Assembly: GCA_035360515.1 (NCBI GenBank)
Contig: DAOSAY010000006.1
Coordinates: 11,381-75,380 of the forward strand
Length of the DNA stretch: 64,000 bases
Direction of reading: 5' to 3'
Origin: Bacteroidales bacterium
GTDB lineage: Bacteria; Bacteroidota; Bacteroidia; Bacteroidales; VadinHA17
Positions 56,293-64,000 of the stretch are shown piece after piece. Position 1 is the stretch's first letter. Every line of letters starts with the position of its first letter. The notes beneath the pieces were generated by a model. It worked only from the letters and a program-made list of their open reading frames with translations, ran no database searches and was not told where the DNA came from. The position numbers were made by a program, and so were the translations under genes.

Positions 56293-57042
56293 TTAAATAA
56301 CTTTTGCCTCATTCTGGAGCAGGTGTATCAGTTCGGCAGGATTATCCGGACTGATGAATTTACATGCTGCTCTCGGTGCGGGTTTTTCGTACATAACGAT
56401 CTCAGTGAGTGGATTTACGGCCACAGGTTCATATACTCTTATCTGTTTTGTACGGGCAGTCATGATTCCCCGCATTGATGCAATTCGTGGTTCTTTTGCA
56501 ATACCTTTCTGAACAACTGCAACAAATGGCACAGGCAGGGTAAGGGTTTCCTTGCCCCCATCTATCTCTCTTACTATTACTGGTTTGCCATTTTCAATTC
56601 TGAGAGATGAAACAGATGAAACAGAAGGTATGCCAAGAAATTCGGCAATTATACCGCCTGTGAGTGAGCCATTATAATCACTCGACTCAATGCCGCACAA
56701 AATAATATCATACTTTTCCTTTTCGAGAACTGCTGCAATCTGTGCAGCAACAAAATATGCATCGGCAGGTTCTGCATTGACTCTAATGGCATCATCAGCT
56801 CCTATAGCCAATGCTTTGCGTATGGTAGGCTCTGAAGATGAGGTACCCACATGTGCCACGGTGACCAGAGTAACTCCTGCAGCAGGATCATCTTTTAATT
56901 CAAGTGCCCTTGTAAGCGACAGCTCATCCCATGGATTTATCACCCATTGAATACCTGCAGTGTCAATGGTTTTACCGTCGGCCGACAACTTAATTTTAGT
57001 GGTTGTGTCGGGTACATTGCTGATACAAACCAGAATTTTCAT
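56293..57042 (-). CDS. etfB: electron transfer flavoprotein subunit beta
   Basis: 249 aa. MKILVCI..NPWDE..LCG pattern. Directly upstream of etfA. Confidence 0.92.
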   Translation of the reverse strand: MKILVCISNVPDTTTKIKLSADGKTIDTAGIQWVINPWDELSLTRALELKDDPAAGVTLVTVAHVGTSSSEPTIRKALAIGADDAIRVNAEPADAYFVAAQIAAVLEKEKYDIILCGIESSDYNGSLTGGIIAEFLGIPSVSSVSSLRIENGKPVIVREIDGGKETLTLPVPFVAVVQKGIAKEPRIASMRGIMTARTKQIRVYEPVAVNPLTEIVMYEKPAPRAACKFISPDNPAELIHLLQNEAKVI

Positions 57043-57080
57043 TATGAGATTTTTTTGCTATTGTTTTTTCTTTGAGGCGG

Positions 57081-57110
57081 CAAATATAATAATTAATGAT
57101 TCACCTTCAA
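57081..57110 (-). promoter_or_regulatory. promoter candidate for the etfB-etfA-FeS-acd operon (-7 TATATTTG, -33 TTTG)
   Basis: Minus-strand TATATTTG at 57081-57088 and TTTG at 57107-57110 with an 18-nt spacer. About 39 nt upstream of ATG 57042. Confidence 0.4.
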
Positions 57111-57322
57111 ACCATCATATCTCTATTTTTTTCATATGTTCGAAATAAATAACATTGCTATAATACTTTATTTCAACTATTTATATAGCTTTTCAGGAAA
57201 ATTAAAAATAGCCGTTCGAAACCCGCTTTTCCAATTTTGTTTCAACTGATTCAAAAATGTTGAAAATATGCTTTAAATTCACCCCGTTTTTTTGTAAAAA
57301 TTACTTCTATTTTTAACCGGTA

Positions 57323-58243
57323 ATGAAACTTTTAAAAACCTATGCTGCAGTCTTTTTTGCGATGATATTCTGGTCATTTTCGTTCATCTGGTTTAAGATG
57401 GCAAACGAAAATTACCCTCCGATGACTATTATTTTTCTCCGACTTACTTTTGCGACAATATTTCTTACCTCCTATCTTGCGATCAGGAAGGAATTCGCTC
57501 CAATAAGAAAGGAAGACCGGAAACTGTTTCTTATTCTGTCTTTTTTTGAACCTTTTCTTTATTTCATAGGAGAGAGCCATGGACTTACTTATGTAACTTC
57601 AACGACCGGTTCAGTTGTAATTTCCACAATTCCAGCTGTGGTCGCACTTGCTGCCTGGCTCTTTTTCGGAGAAAAGCTGAAGCTGATAAATTATGCAGGT
57701 ATTCTTCTCTCATTTATAGGAATAATTGTTTTTGTTGTTGACAGAAACGGTTCTCTTACATTCAATATCAAGGGATTACTCCTGCTGGGTCTTGCTGTAT
57801 GTTCGGCAGCAGGGTTTAACATCACACTGGGCAAACTTGTCGGTTCATACAGTCCTGTATTTATAGTTAATGTCCAGAACATAATAGGAGTAATTCTTTT
57901 CCTGCCTGTTTTTCTTCTTTCAGATCTGAAAGAATTTTCAAATACACCTCATAGCCTGAAGTCTTTTATTCCAATTATTGAACTGGCACTTTTTGCATCA
58001 TGCGGTGCGTTCATATTTTTTGCCTATTCAGTGCGGCAGATTGGTGTTTCACGGGTAAATCCTTTTACAAACATAATTCCAATATTCACTGCTATCTTTT
58101 CATTCATTATTTTTGGAAATGTGCTTAATCTCCAGAATATAATAGGAATGATAATTGTCATTTGCGGTATTTTTCTAACACAAATAAATGGCAGGAAGAA
58201 AAAAATCGATGAGGCACTGATTATTACGGGTAAAACAGCATAA
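57323..58243 (+). CDS. DMT superfamily (EamA-type) transporter
   Basis: 306 aa, 10 TM segments in two EamA-like halves. Confidence 0.8.
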   Translation: MKLLKTYAAVFFAMIFWSFSFIWFKMANENYPPMTIIFLRLTFATIFLTSYLAIRKEFAPIRKEDRKLFLILSFFEPFLYFIGESHGLTYVTSTTGSVVISTIPAVVALAAWLFFGEKLKLINYAGILLSFIGIIVFVVDRNGSLTFNIKGLLLLGLAVCSAAGFNITLGKLVGSYSPVFIVNVQNIIGVILFLPVFLLSDLKEFSNTPHSLKSFIPIIELALFASCGAFIFFAYSVRQIGVSRVNPFTNIIPIFTAIFSFIIFGNVLNLQNIIGMIIVICGIFLTQINGRKKKIDEALIITGKTA

Positions 58244-58311
58244 TCTTAAGATTTTCTGATACTTTTAAAACGTTAAATCCGTTAGAATATATTATACATT
58301 TTAAATATAGC

Positions 58312-59331
58312 GTGACAGCCCGTAAAATACATATTGCCATTTTGCTGGTGTTTATGCTCCAACCTCTGAAATCTCAGACCGGGGGTGACAACACATATGA
58401 ATTCCTTAACCTGACCTATTCGAGCCGTGTAGCTTCGCTCGGAGGCACGAATGTTTCCATTTACGACGATGACCTTAACATGGCACATGGCAATCCGGCT
58501 CTTCTTTCTGAAGATATGAACAAAAGTCTTGTTCTTAACTATGTAAATTATCTGGCAGGCATAAATTACGGAATGACAATGTATTCGATGTCGCTTCCCC
58601 GGGCAGGAAATTTTGCGGCAGGGTTAATATATCTTAATTATGGTACCTTTAAGGAAGCTGACGAGTCGGGTAACATAACTGGTTCCTTTTCAGTGGCAGA
58701 ATATGCTATGTCGCTTCTATGGTCGAAGATATTCGATACCGTTTTCTCAGTAGGTGTCTGTTTGAAGCCGGTTCTGTCCCACCTTGAAAAATATTCTTCT
58801 TTTGGTATTGCCCTTGATATAGGTGCCGCATGGCATTCGAAGAACAATCTTACCTCGGCAGGGATTGTTGTAAAAAATGCTGGCTTCCAGGTCACTACTT
58901 ATACAGGTGAAACACACGAAAAACTTCCGTTTGAAATAATTGCAGGGATCTCGCACCGACTTGCCCACGGTCCCTTCAGGTTTTCTCTCACACTCCGGCA
59001 CCTCGAAAAATTTGATATTACAAATTCATACGGGAGCGATAACACCGGCACTTATGAAAAAGCAGTTTTTTCAGAAAAGCTATTAAGGCATGTCATTGCC
59101 GGGGCCGAGTTTATACCGCACAAAAACTTTTATTTTTCTCTGGGATACAATTACCAGCGAAGAAAAGAACTTCAGGTCGAATCGAAAGTTTCAACAGTAG
59201 GTTTTTCATGGGGTTTTGGCTTCAATACCTCATTTCTGAGCTTTGGCTTCGGGAGGGCAACATATCACCTTGCCGGTGCCTCAAATCATTTTACCCTTTC
59301 ACTCCGGCCCGGCCGACTCATCAAAAGATGA
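58312..59331 (+). CDS. porQ: type IX secretion system protein PorQ (outer-membrane beta-barrel)
   Basis: 339 aa with a GTG start. Signal peptide LKS/QT. The N-terminal GGDNTYEFLNLTYSSRVASLGG block is characteristic of the PorQ family. Beta-barrel-like alternating pattern ending in an aromatic-rich C-terminus. Confidence 0.7.
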   Translation: MTARKIHIAILLVFMLQPLKSQTGGDNTYEFLNLTYSSRVASLGGTNVSIYDDDLNMAHGNPALLSEDMNKSLVLNYVNYLAGINYGMTMYSMSLPRAGNFAAGLIYLNYGTFKEADESGNITGSFSVAEYAMSLLWSKIFDTVFSVGVCLKPVLSHLEKYSSFGIALDIGAAWHSKNNLTSAGIVVKNAGFQVTTYTGETHEKLPFEIIAGISHRLAHGPFRFSLTLRHLEKFDITNSYGSDNTGTYEKAVFSEKLLRHVIAGAEFIPHKNFYFSLGYNYQRRKELQVESKVSTVGFSWGFGFNTSFLSFGFGRATYHLAGASNHFTLSLRPGRLIKR

Positions 59332-59392
59332 TATTAATTATTTGATGCAATCAGTTATTTTTGATTTCCGGTAATTAAAAAAATAGAGTTCT

Positions 59393-61048
59393 ATGAAAGA
59401 TATCTTTTTTCTCATTTTGTTTGCCTGTCTGTTTAGCATAGCCTATGGACAATCAAGGACCGGATCTGAAGATGTTGTGATAATAAACGGGAAAGGTAAA
59501 ATTCGGGTAAGTACTGGTGAAAAAGGAGAGTTGATTATAAACATATCACCAAAAGATTCAAAACGGTTACAATCGAAGGGGGTTGTTCGATACAGCGATT
59601 TCGGTGCCAGAGGCGACGGCAAAACCGATGATATCGATGCTATTGCGGCTGCTCATGCGTTTGCAAATCTGTATGGGTTGAAAGTAAAAGCTGACGATAA
59701 AGCGACCTATTATATCGGAGGCAAAAACCGTACTGCTATTATACAGACAGACACTGATTTTGGCAATGCTGCCTTTATAATTGACGACTCTGAAGTACAG
59801 AACCGCAATGCAAATATATTTCTGGTCAGTTCCACTCTGAAACCATTTAAGCCTGAGGGTATCACTTCCCTAAAAAAGAATCAGCCGAAGGTTGATATCC
59901 GGCTGCCCGGGCCATGCCTTATTGCCGTCACCGATTCAAACGTCAGGCGCTATATACGGTTTGGTCCCAACCAAAACAACGGCTCCCCTCAAACGGATAT
60001 TTTTATTGTTGACGCGGAGGGTAATGTGGATATGAATGCCCCAATAATATGGGATTTCGACCATGTTACAGCTATAACTGCACTTCCTATTGATGAGATT
60101 ACCCTGACCTTAAGGGGTGGCCGTTTCACCACCATAGCCAACAGTGCAGAATCGAAATACAATTATTACAGCCGTGGTATAGCAATAAGGCGTTCACATG
60201 TTGTTGTTGACGGCCTGCAGCACTTTATTACCGGCGAAGGCGATCATGGCGCACCGTACGGTGGGTTTATCAATATAGGCGACTGCGCCTTTGTTACAGT
60301 ACAAAATTGTGTCTTTACCGGACATAAAGTCTATGAAACAATTGGTTCGGCAGGTGTCAGTGTCTCAATGGGGACATACGACATTTCACTTAACAGTGCA
60401 ATTAATGTATCATTTATAAACTGCACCCAGACAAATGATATCAAAGACAGCAGATTCTGGGGTTTAATGGGCTCCAATTACTGTAAGAATCTCATTCTTG
60501 ACAACTGTATTTTTTCGCGTTTCGATGCCCATATGGGGGTTGCCAATGCCACTATCCGCAATTCAACACTGGGGCATCAGGGTATAAATGCCATAGGTAC
60601 GGGTACCTTTTTAGTTGAGAACTCCACCATATATGGCAGGAATTTAATCAATCTCCGTTCCGATTACGGAAGCACATGGCAGGGCGAGTTCATCATACGC
60701 AATTGCACCTTCGTGCCAGCCGGAGGAAGACCTGTAACTGCCAGCCTGATTGGAGGCTCGTATACCGGACAACACGACTTCGGATATGTCTGTTATATGC
60801 CTGAAAGGATAATTATCGAGAATCTTAAAATAGACGATTCCAATCATCCTGATAATTATCCGGGTCCGGCTATATTTGCAAACTTCAATCCGAAAATGAC
60901 AGATGATACCTACCAGGAAAAATTTCCTTATGTAATAACCAGGGAAGTGATTCTCAGGAATGTTACCACAGCCAGTGGCAAACCCCTGCGAATAAGCGAC
61001 AATCAGTATATGTTCAGGAATGTAAAGGTGGTGACTGAAAATTTATAG
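59393..61048 (+). CDS. secreted right-handed beta-helix (pectate-lyase-superfamily / GH28-related) protein
   Basis: 551 aa. Signal peptide AYG/QS. N-terminal VVRYSDFGARGDGKTDDIDAIAAAHAFA motif typical of Pectate_lyase_3-type beta-helix proteins. Repetitive N/G/I-rich turns. Confidence 0.6.
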   Translation: MKDIFFLILFACLFSIAYGQSRTGSEDVVIINGKGKIRVSTGEKGELIINISPKDSKRLQSKGVVRYSDFGARGDGKTDDIDAIAAAHAFANLYGLKVKADDKATYYIGGKNRTAIIQTDTDFGNAAFIIDDSEVQNRNANIFLVSSTLKPFKPEGITSLKKNQPKVDIRLPGPCLIAVTDSNVRRYIRFGPNQNNGSPQTDIFIVDAEGNVDMNAPIIWDFDHVTAITALPIDEITLTLRGGRFTTIANSAESKYNYYSRGIAIRRSHVVVDGLQHFITGEGDHGAPYGGFINIGDCAFVTVQNCVFTGHKVYETIGSAGVSVSMGTYDISLNSAINVSFINCTQTNDIKDSRFWGLMGSNYCKNLILDNCIFSRFDAHMGVANATIRNSTLGHQGINAIGTGTFLVENSTIYGRNLINLRSDYGSTWQGEFIIRNCTFVPAGGRPVTASLIGGSYTGQHDFGYVCYMPERIIIENLKIDDSNHPDNYPGPAIFANFNPKMTDDTYQEKFPYVITREVILRNVTTASGKPLRISDNQYMFRNVKVVTENL

Positions 61049-61233
61049 CTAACCCAGAGCAACCAGTATCTGTTATGAACAATACAAAATGAATTCTGAC
61101 ATCTGTCAATAATTTCTTTTCAGGTTTTTTATATCTTCGGTTAAATTTACCAAAAAAATTAAAAACATCCCGGATATGGTATACTTAATTCTATAAAGAG
61201 ATAAAATCCAGATCCGGTATTTTTATAGTTAAA

Positions 61234-61938
61234 ATGAAAAAGAAACTTATCATAGCAATTGATGGTTACTCTTCATGCGGTAAAAGCACATTTGCAAAGG
61301 CTATAGCTAAAGAATTGAATTACATATACATCGACAGCGGAGCCATGTACAGGGCTGTCACTCTCTACTGCCTGAGGAAAGGGTTTATTACGAAAAACGG
61401 TATCGACACCGAAGGAATAAAAAACTCACTTAAGGATATTCACATAACCTTCGTGTACAACCCTGATAAAGGTGAATATGAAACATGGTTAAATTCTGAA
61501 AATGTTGAAAATGAAATCAGAAGTATTGAGGTGTCAAACTTCGTAAGCAGGATAAGCCAGATACCCGAAGTAAGGACAAGGATGGTTGAACTTCAGAGGC
61601 AGATTGGTGTTTTTAAGGGTATAGTGATGGACGGTCGTGATATAGGAACTGTTGTTTTTCCGGATGCCGATATAAAAATATTCATGACAGCATCGGTTGA
61701 TACAAGGGCGCAGAGGCGCTTTGACGAGCTGCAGGCAAAAGGACAGCCTGTCGACTACAGGGAAATCAAAAAGAATATCATTGAACGGGATGTCGCTGAT
61801 GAAAACCGTGAAATCAGTCCACTGCGAAAAGCAAAAGATGCCATCATACTTGATAATACAAATATGACCGTTGAAGAACAGATGGAATGGATCAGAGGTA
61901 TAATTCAGGAGAAATTGCATGGTGATAGAGATAGATGA
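61234..61938 (+). CDS. cmk: (d)CMP kinase
   Basis: P-loop IAIDGYSSCGKST and the YIDSGAMYR and MDGRDIGTVVFPDA blocks. Confidence 0.93.
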   Translation: MKKKLIIAIDGYSSCGKSTFAKAIAKELNYIYIDSGAMYRAVTLYCLRKGFITKNGIDTEGIKNSLKDIHITFVYNPDKGEYETWLNSENVENEIRSIEVSNFVSRISQIPEVRTRMVELQRQIGVFKGIVMDGRDIGTVVFPDADIKIFMTASVDTRAQRRFDELQAKGQPVDYREIKKNIIERDVADENREISPLRKAKDAIILDNTNMTVEEQMEWIRGIIQEKLHGDRDR

Positions 61939-62800
61939 AAATTCAGGATTCTGTTTCGGTGTAAGAAATGCTGTTGAGACAGCAGAAAAGGCATTAATGG
62001 CTGGCGAAAAAATTTTTTCCCTCGGACAGATTGTGCATAATGATATAGAAGTTGAGCGGCTCAGCAAAATGGGTCTTAAAACTATTGATTATGATGAGTT
62101 CCGGAGACTTCGAGATTGCAAGGTGCTGATAAGAGCCCACGGAGAACCGCCCGAAACTTACAGAATAGCAAAGGAAAACGGCATCACCATTATTGATGCT
62201 ACCTGCCCCATTGTGAAAAGACTTCAGCAAAAGATCAGACAAACATGGGAAGAAATAAAAATAAAGGGTGGACAAGTCGTTATCTACGGCAAGCCAGGGC
62301 ATGCCGAAGTGCTTGGCCTTATAGGACAAACCGACAATAATGCTATACTAACTGATGGAGAGATAAACCTCGACAGGATAGATTTCAGAAAGGAGATACA
62401 TCTTTTTTCCCAGACAACCATGAATCCAGAAGCATACGAGGCTCTGGCTGAAAAAATGAGGAAGAAAATCAAAGAGTATGGCGCACCCGACCCCGGGAAA
62501 CTGCTGACCGTGCACCGGACAATCTGCACTCAGGTCTCACATCGCCAGCCACATCTGGAATCATTTGCGCGTTCACACGACATAATAATATTTGTAAGCG
62601 GCAAAGAAAGCTCTAACGGTAAAATGCTATTTTCAATCTGTAAAAATGTTAATCCCGAATCATATTTCGTTTCGTCACCTGGAGATATCAAAAAAGAATG
62701 GTTCATCGGAAAACAGAAAGCAGGAATATGCGGAGCAACATCCACTCCAGGATGGCTTATCAGAAAAGTAAGTGAAGTAATTTCTTCATTTAATATTTAA
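61919..62800 (+). CDS. ispH: 4-hydroxy-3-methylbut-2-enyl diphosphate reductase
   Basis: 293 aa. SGFCFGV, ATCPIV and TICTQV cysteine blocks. Overlaps cmk by 20 nt. Confidence 0.93.
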   Translation: MVIEIDENSGFCFGVRNAVETAEKALMAGEKIFSLGQIVHNDIEVERLSKMGLKTIDYDEFRRLRDCKVLIRAHGEPPETYRIAKENGITIIDATCPIVKRLQQKIRQTWEEIKIKGGQVVIYGKPGHAEVLGLIGQTDNNAILTDGEINLDRIDFRKEIHLFSQTTMNPEAYEALAEKMRKKIKEYGAPDPGKLLTVHRTICTQVSHRQPHLESFARSHDIIIFVSGKESSNGKMLFSICKNVNPESYFVSSPGDIKKEWFIGKQKAGICGATSTPGWLIRKVSEVISSFNI

Positions 62801-62865
62801 TCTCCCAATTAACAATCTAAGCAGAAAAACACTACCTTTGCGGGCTGAATTATAATCAATTAAAG

Positions 62866-63846
62866 ATGGGAAAAATAAAGAAGATAGGAGTTTTAACATC
62901 GGGTGGAGATGCTCCAGGTATGAATGCTGCAATAAGAGCGGTTGTAAGAACTGCAATATATCATGGGCTTGAAGTTATGGGCATCAGGCAGGGCTATGCA
63001 GGCCTGATTAACGCGGATTTCATTCCGCTTGTATCGAGCAGTGTAAGCGATATTATACAGAGAGGTGGCACGATACTGAAAACGGCAAGGTGTGAAGAAT
63101 TCCGAACGCCGGAAGGAAGACAGAAAGCCTATGAGAATCTGAAAGCAGCACAAATAGATGGTGTGGTGGTGATAGGTGGAGACGGCTCCTTTACTGGTGC
63201 AAGGCTATTTAATGAAGAATATGATATCCCCTTCGTAGGTGTGCCTGGAACAATTGATAACGACATTTACGGAACTGATTACACGATTGGCTATGACACT
63301 GCTTTAAATACTGTTGTCCAGGCAGTTGATAAAATAAGGGATACAGCCAGTGCACACGACAGAATGTTTTTTATAGAGGTGATGGGCGCTGAGGCAGGCT
63401 TTATCGCTCTTTTCAGCGGAATAGCAACAGGTGCTGAAGCAATCATAATTCCGGAAGTTAAAGGGGAAGAACGCGACCTTAAGAAAATATTATTCGATGG
63501 AAATAAAAGAAAGAAATCGAGCAATCTGATAATTGTTGCCGAAGGCGATGAAGAGGGAGGTGCTTTTGCCTGGGCTGAAAAATTTAAAAACGAATACCCT
63601 GATATTAATATAAGAGTAACTGTTCTTGGACACCTTCAGCGCGGGGGCTCACCCACTGCCATCGACAGGGTTAATGCCAGCAGGCTCGGAAGCGCAGCTG
63701 TCGAAGCCCTGCTCGATGATCAAAAAAGTGTGATGGTTGGTTTGCAGAACGACGAAATAGTCCTTGTGCCCTTCAGCAAGGCAATTAAACTGCACAAAGA
63801 TGTCAACAGAGACCTACTGACTCTTGTAAGAATACTTTCCATCTAA
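62866..63846 (+). CDS. pfkA: ATP-dependent 6-phosphofructokinase
   Basis: GVLTSGGDAPGMNAAIR, IGGDGS, PGTIDND, GHLQRGG. Confidence 0.95.
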   Translation: MGKIKKIGVLTSGGDAPGMNAAIRAVVRTAIYHGLEVMGIRQGYAGLINADFIPLVSSSVSDIIQRGGTILKTARCEEFRTPEGRQKAYENLKAAQIDGVVVIGGDGSFTGARLFNEEYDIPFVGVPGTIDNDIYGTDYTIGYDTALNTVVQAVDKIRDTASAHDRMFFIEVMGAEAGFIALFSGIATGAEAIIIPEVKGEERDLKKILFDGNKRKKSSNLIIVAEGDEEGGAFAWAEKFKNEYPDINIRVTVLGHLQRGGSPTAIDRVNASRLGSAAVEALLDDQKSVMVGLQNDEIVLVPFSKAIKLHKDVNRDLLTLVRILSI

Positions 63847-63858
63847 TTTTAATTAACT

Positions 63859-64000
63859 ATGGCAGATTCAAAAGTATTTTTCACAAATCTCAGAGCCAGT
63901 TCATCAGTTAACCTTCTTAAAAAATTTGATAATCTTATCCGCAAAGCCGGAATTGAGACAATTGACTTTAAAAGAAAACTCACGGCCATAAAGATTCATT
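63859..64000 (+). CDS. DUF362-like protein, N-terminal fragment (runs off window)
   Basis: My translation is MADSKVFFTNLRASSSVNLLKKFDNLIRKAGIETIDFKRKLTAIKIH.. This resembles the N-terminus of DUF362 (often ferredoxin-fused) proteins. Only 47 codons are visible. Confidence 0.45.
   Translation, partial: MADSKVFFTNLRASSSVNLLKKFDNLIRKAGIETIDFKRKLTAIKIH

Noticed and set aside
59368-59395. Similarity between the leader of the beta-helix gene (CCGGTAATTAAAAAAATAGAGTTCTATG) and the cmk leader at 61214-61236 (CCGGTATTTTTATAGTTAAAATG) as possible insertion-generated duplication
   Set aside because: It is short and AT-rich, with several gaps, so it is not distinguishable from chance.
61534-62067. 177-aa ORF antisense across the cmk/ispH junction
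   Set aside because: Both sense genes are unambiguous, so this is a shadow ORF.
1-64000. Scan for CRISPR arrays, IS elements/transposases, integrases, prophage genes, restriction-modification or other defence modules
   Set aside because: I saw no regularly spaced repeats and no ORF with transposase, integrase, nuclease or defence hallmarks. The only repeat of note is the tRNA-His 51-mer.

Overview
This looks like a chromosomal segment of a Bacteroidota (Bacteroidia-type) genome. It is almost fully coding: 59 protein genes (two cut by the window edges) and one tRNA-His. The lineage call rests on four things. First, phylum-typical families and syntenies are present: PorQ/T9SS, DUF4290-murA, parA-parB-DUF5683-mltD and DUF4492-cydAB. 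Second, Shine-Dalgarno sequences are nearly absent. Third, TAnnTTTG -7 boxes sit upstream of several genes. Fourth, Gln occupies +1 of most predicted signal peptides. The content is mainly housekeeping. It covers proteostasis (grpE-dnaJ, hsp20, lon, ftsH), cell envelope and division (murA, mltD-like, parAB), phospholipid synthesis (pssA, psd, cdsA, a lipid kinase), microaerobic respiration and O2 defence (cydAB, flavodiiron protein, CcsBA plus a monohaem cytochrome c), an etfBA / membrane Fe-S oxidoreductase / acyl-CoA dehydrogenase module, nucleotide and cofactor genes (pyrE, cmk, ispH, coaD, birA, pfkA), two glycoside hydrolases (GH51, GH2-PA14) and several transporters. I saw no CRISPR array, transposase, integrase, toxin-antitoxin pair or recognisable defence gene, and I could not identify a clear new multi-gene system. 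The most interesting signals are regulatory or structural. (1) The hsp20 upstream region has a near-consensus sigma-54 -24/-12 promoter, an ordered array of TGTCA/TGACA half-sites upstream of it, and the only canonical Shine-Dalgarno among the plus-strand starts I inspected. (2) A 51-nt duplication of the tRNA-His 3' end plus its terminator flanks only 124 nt, which looks like an att-site scar or a miniature element. (3) A response-regulator-type sigma-54 activator lacks a DNA-binding domain and has a GSFTSA variant of the GAFTGA loop. (4) An EtfD-like membrane Fe-S oxidoreductase is encoded as two genes inside the etf/acyl-CoA dehydrogenase operon. All functional calls come from motif recognition by eye. 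No database search was run.
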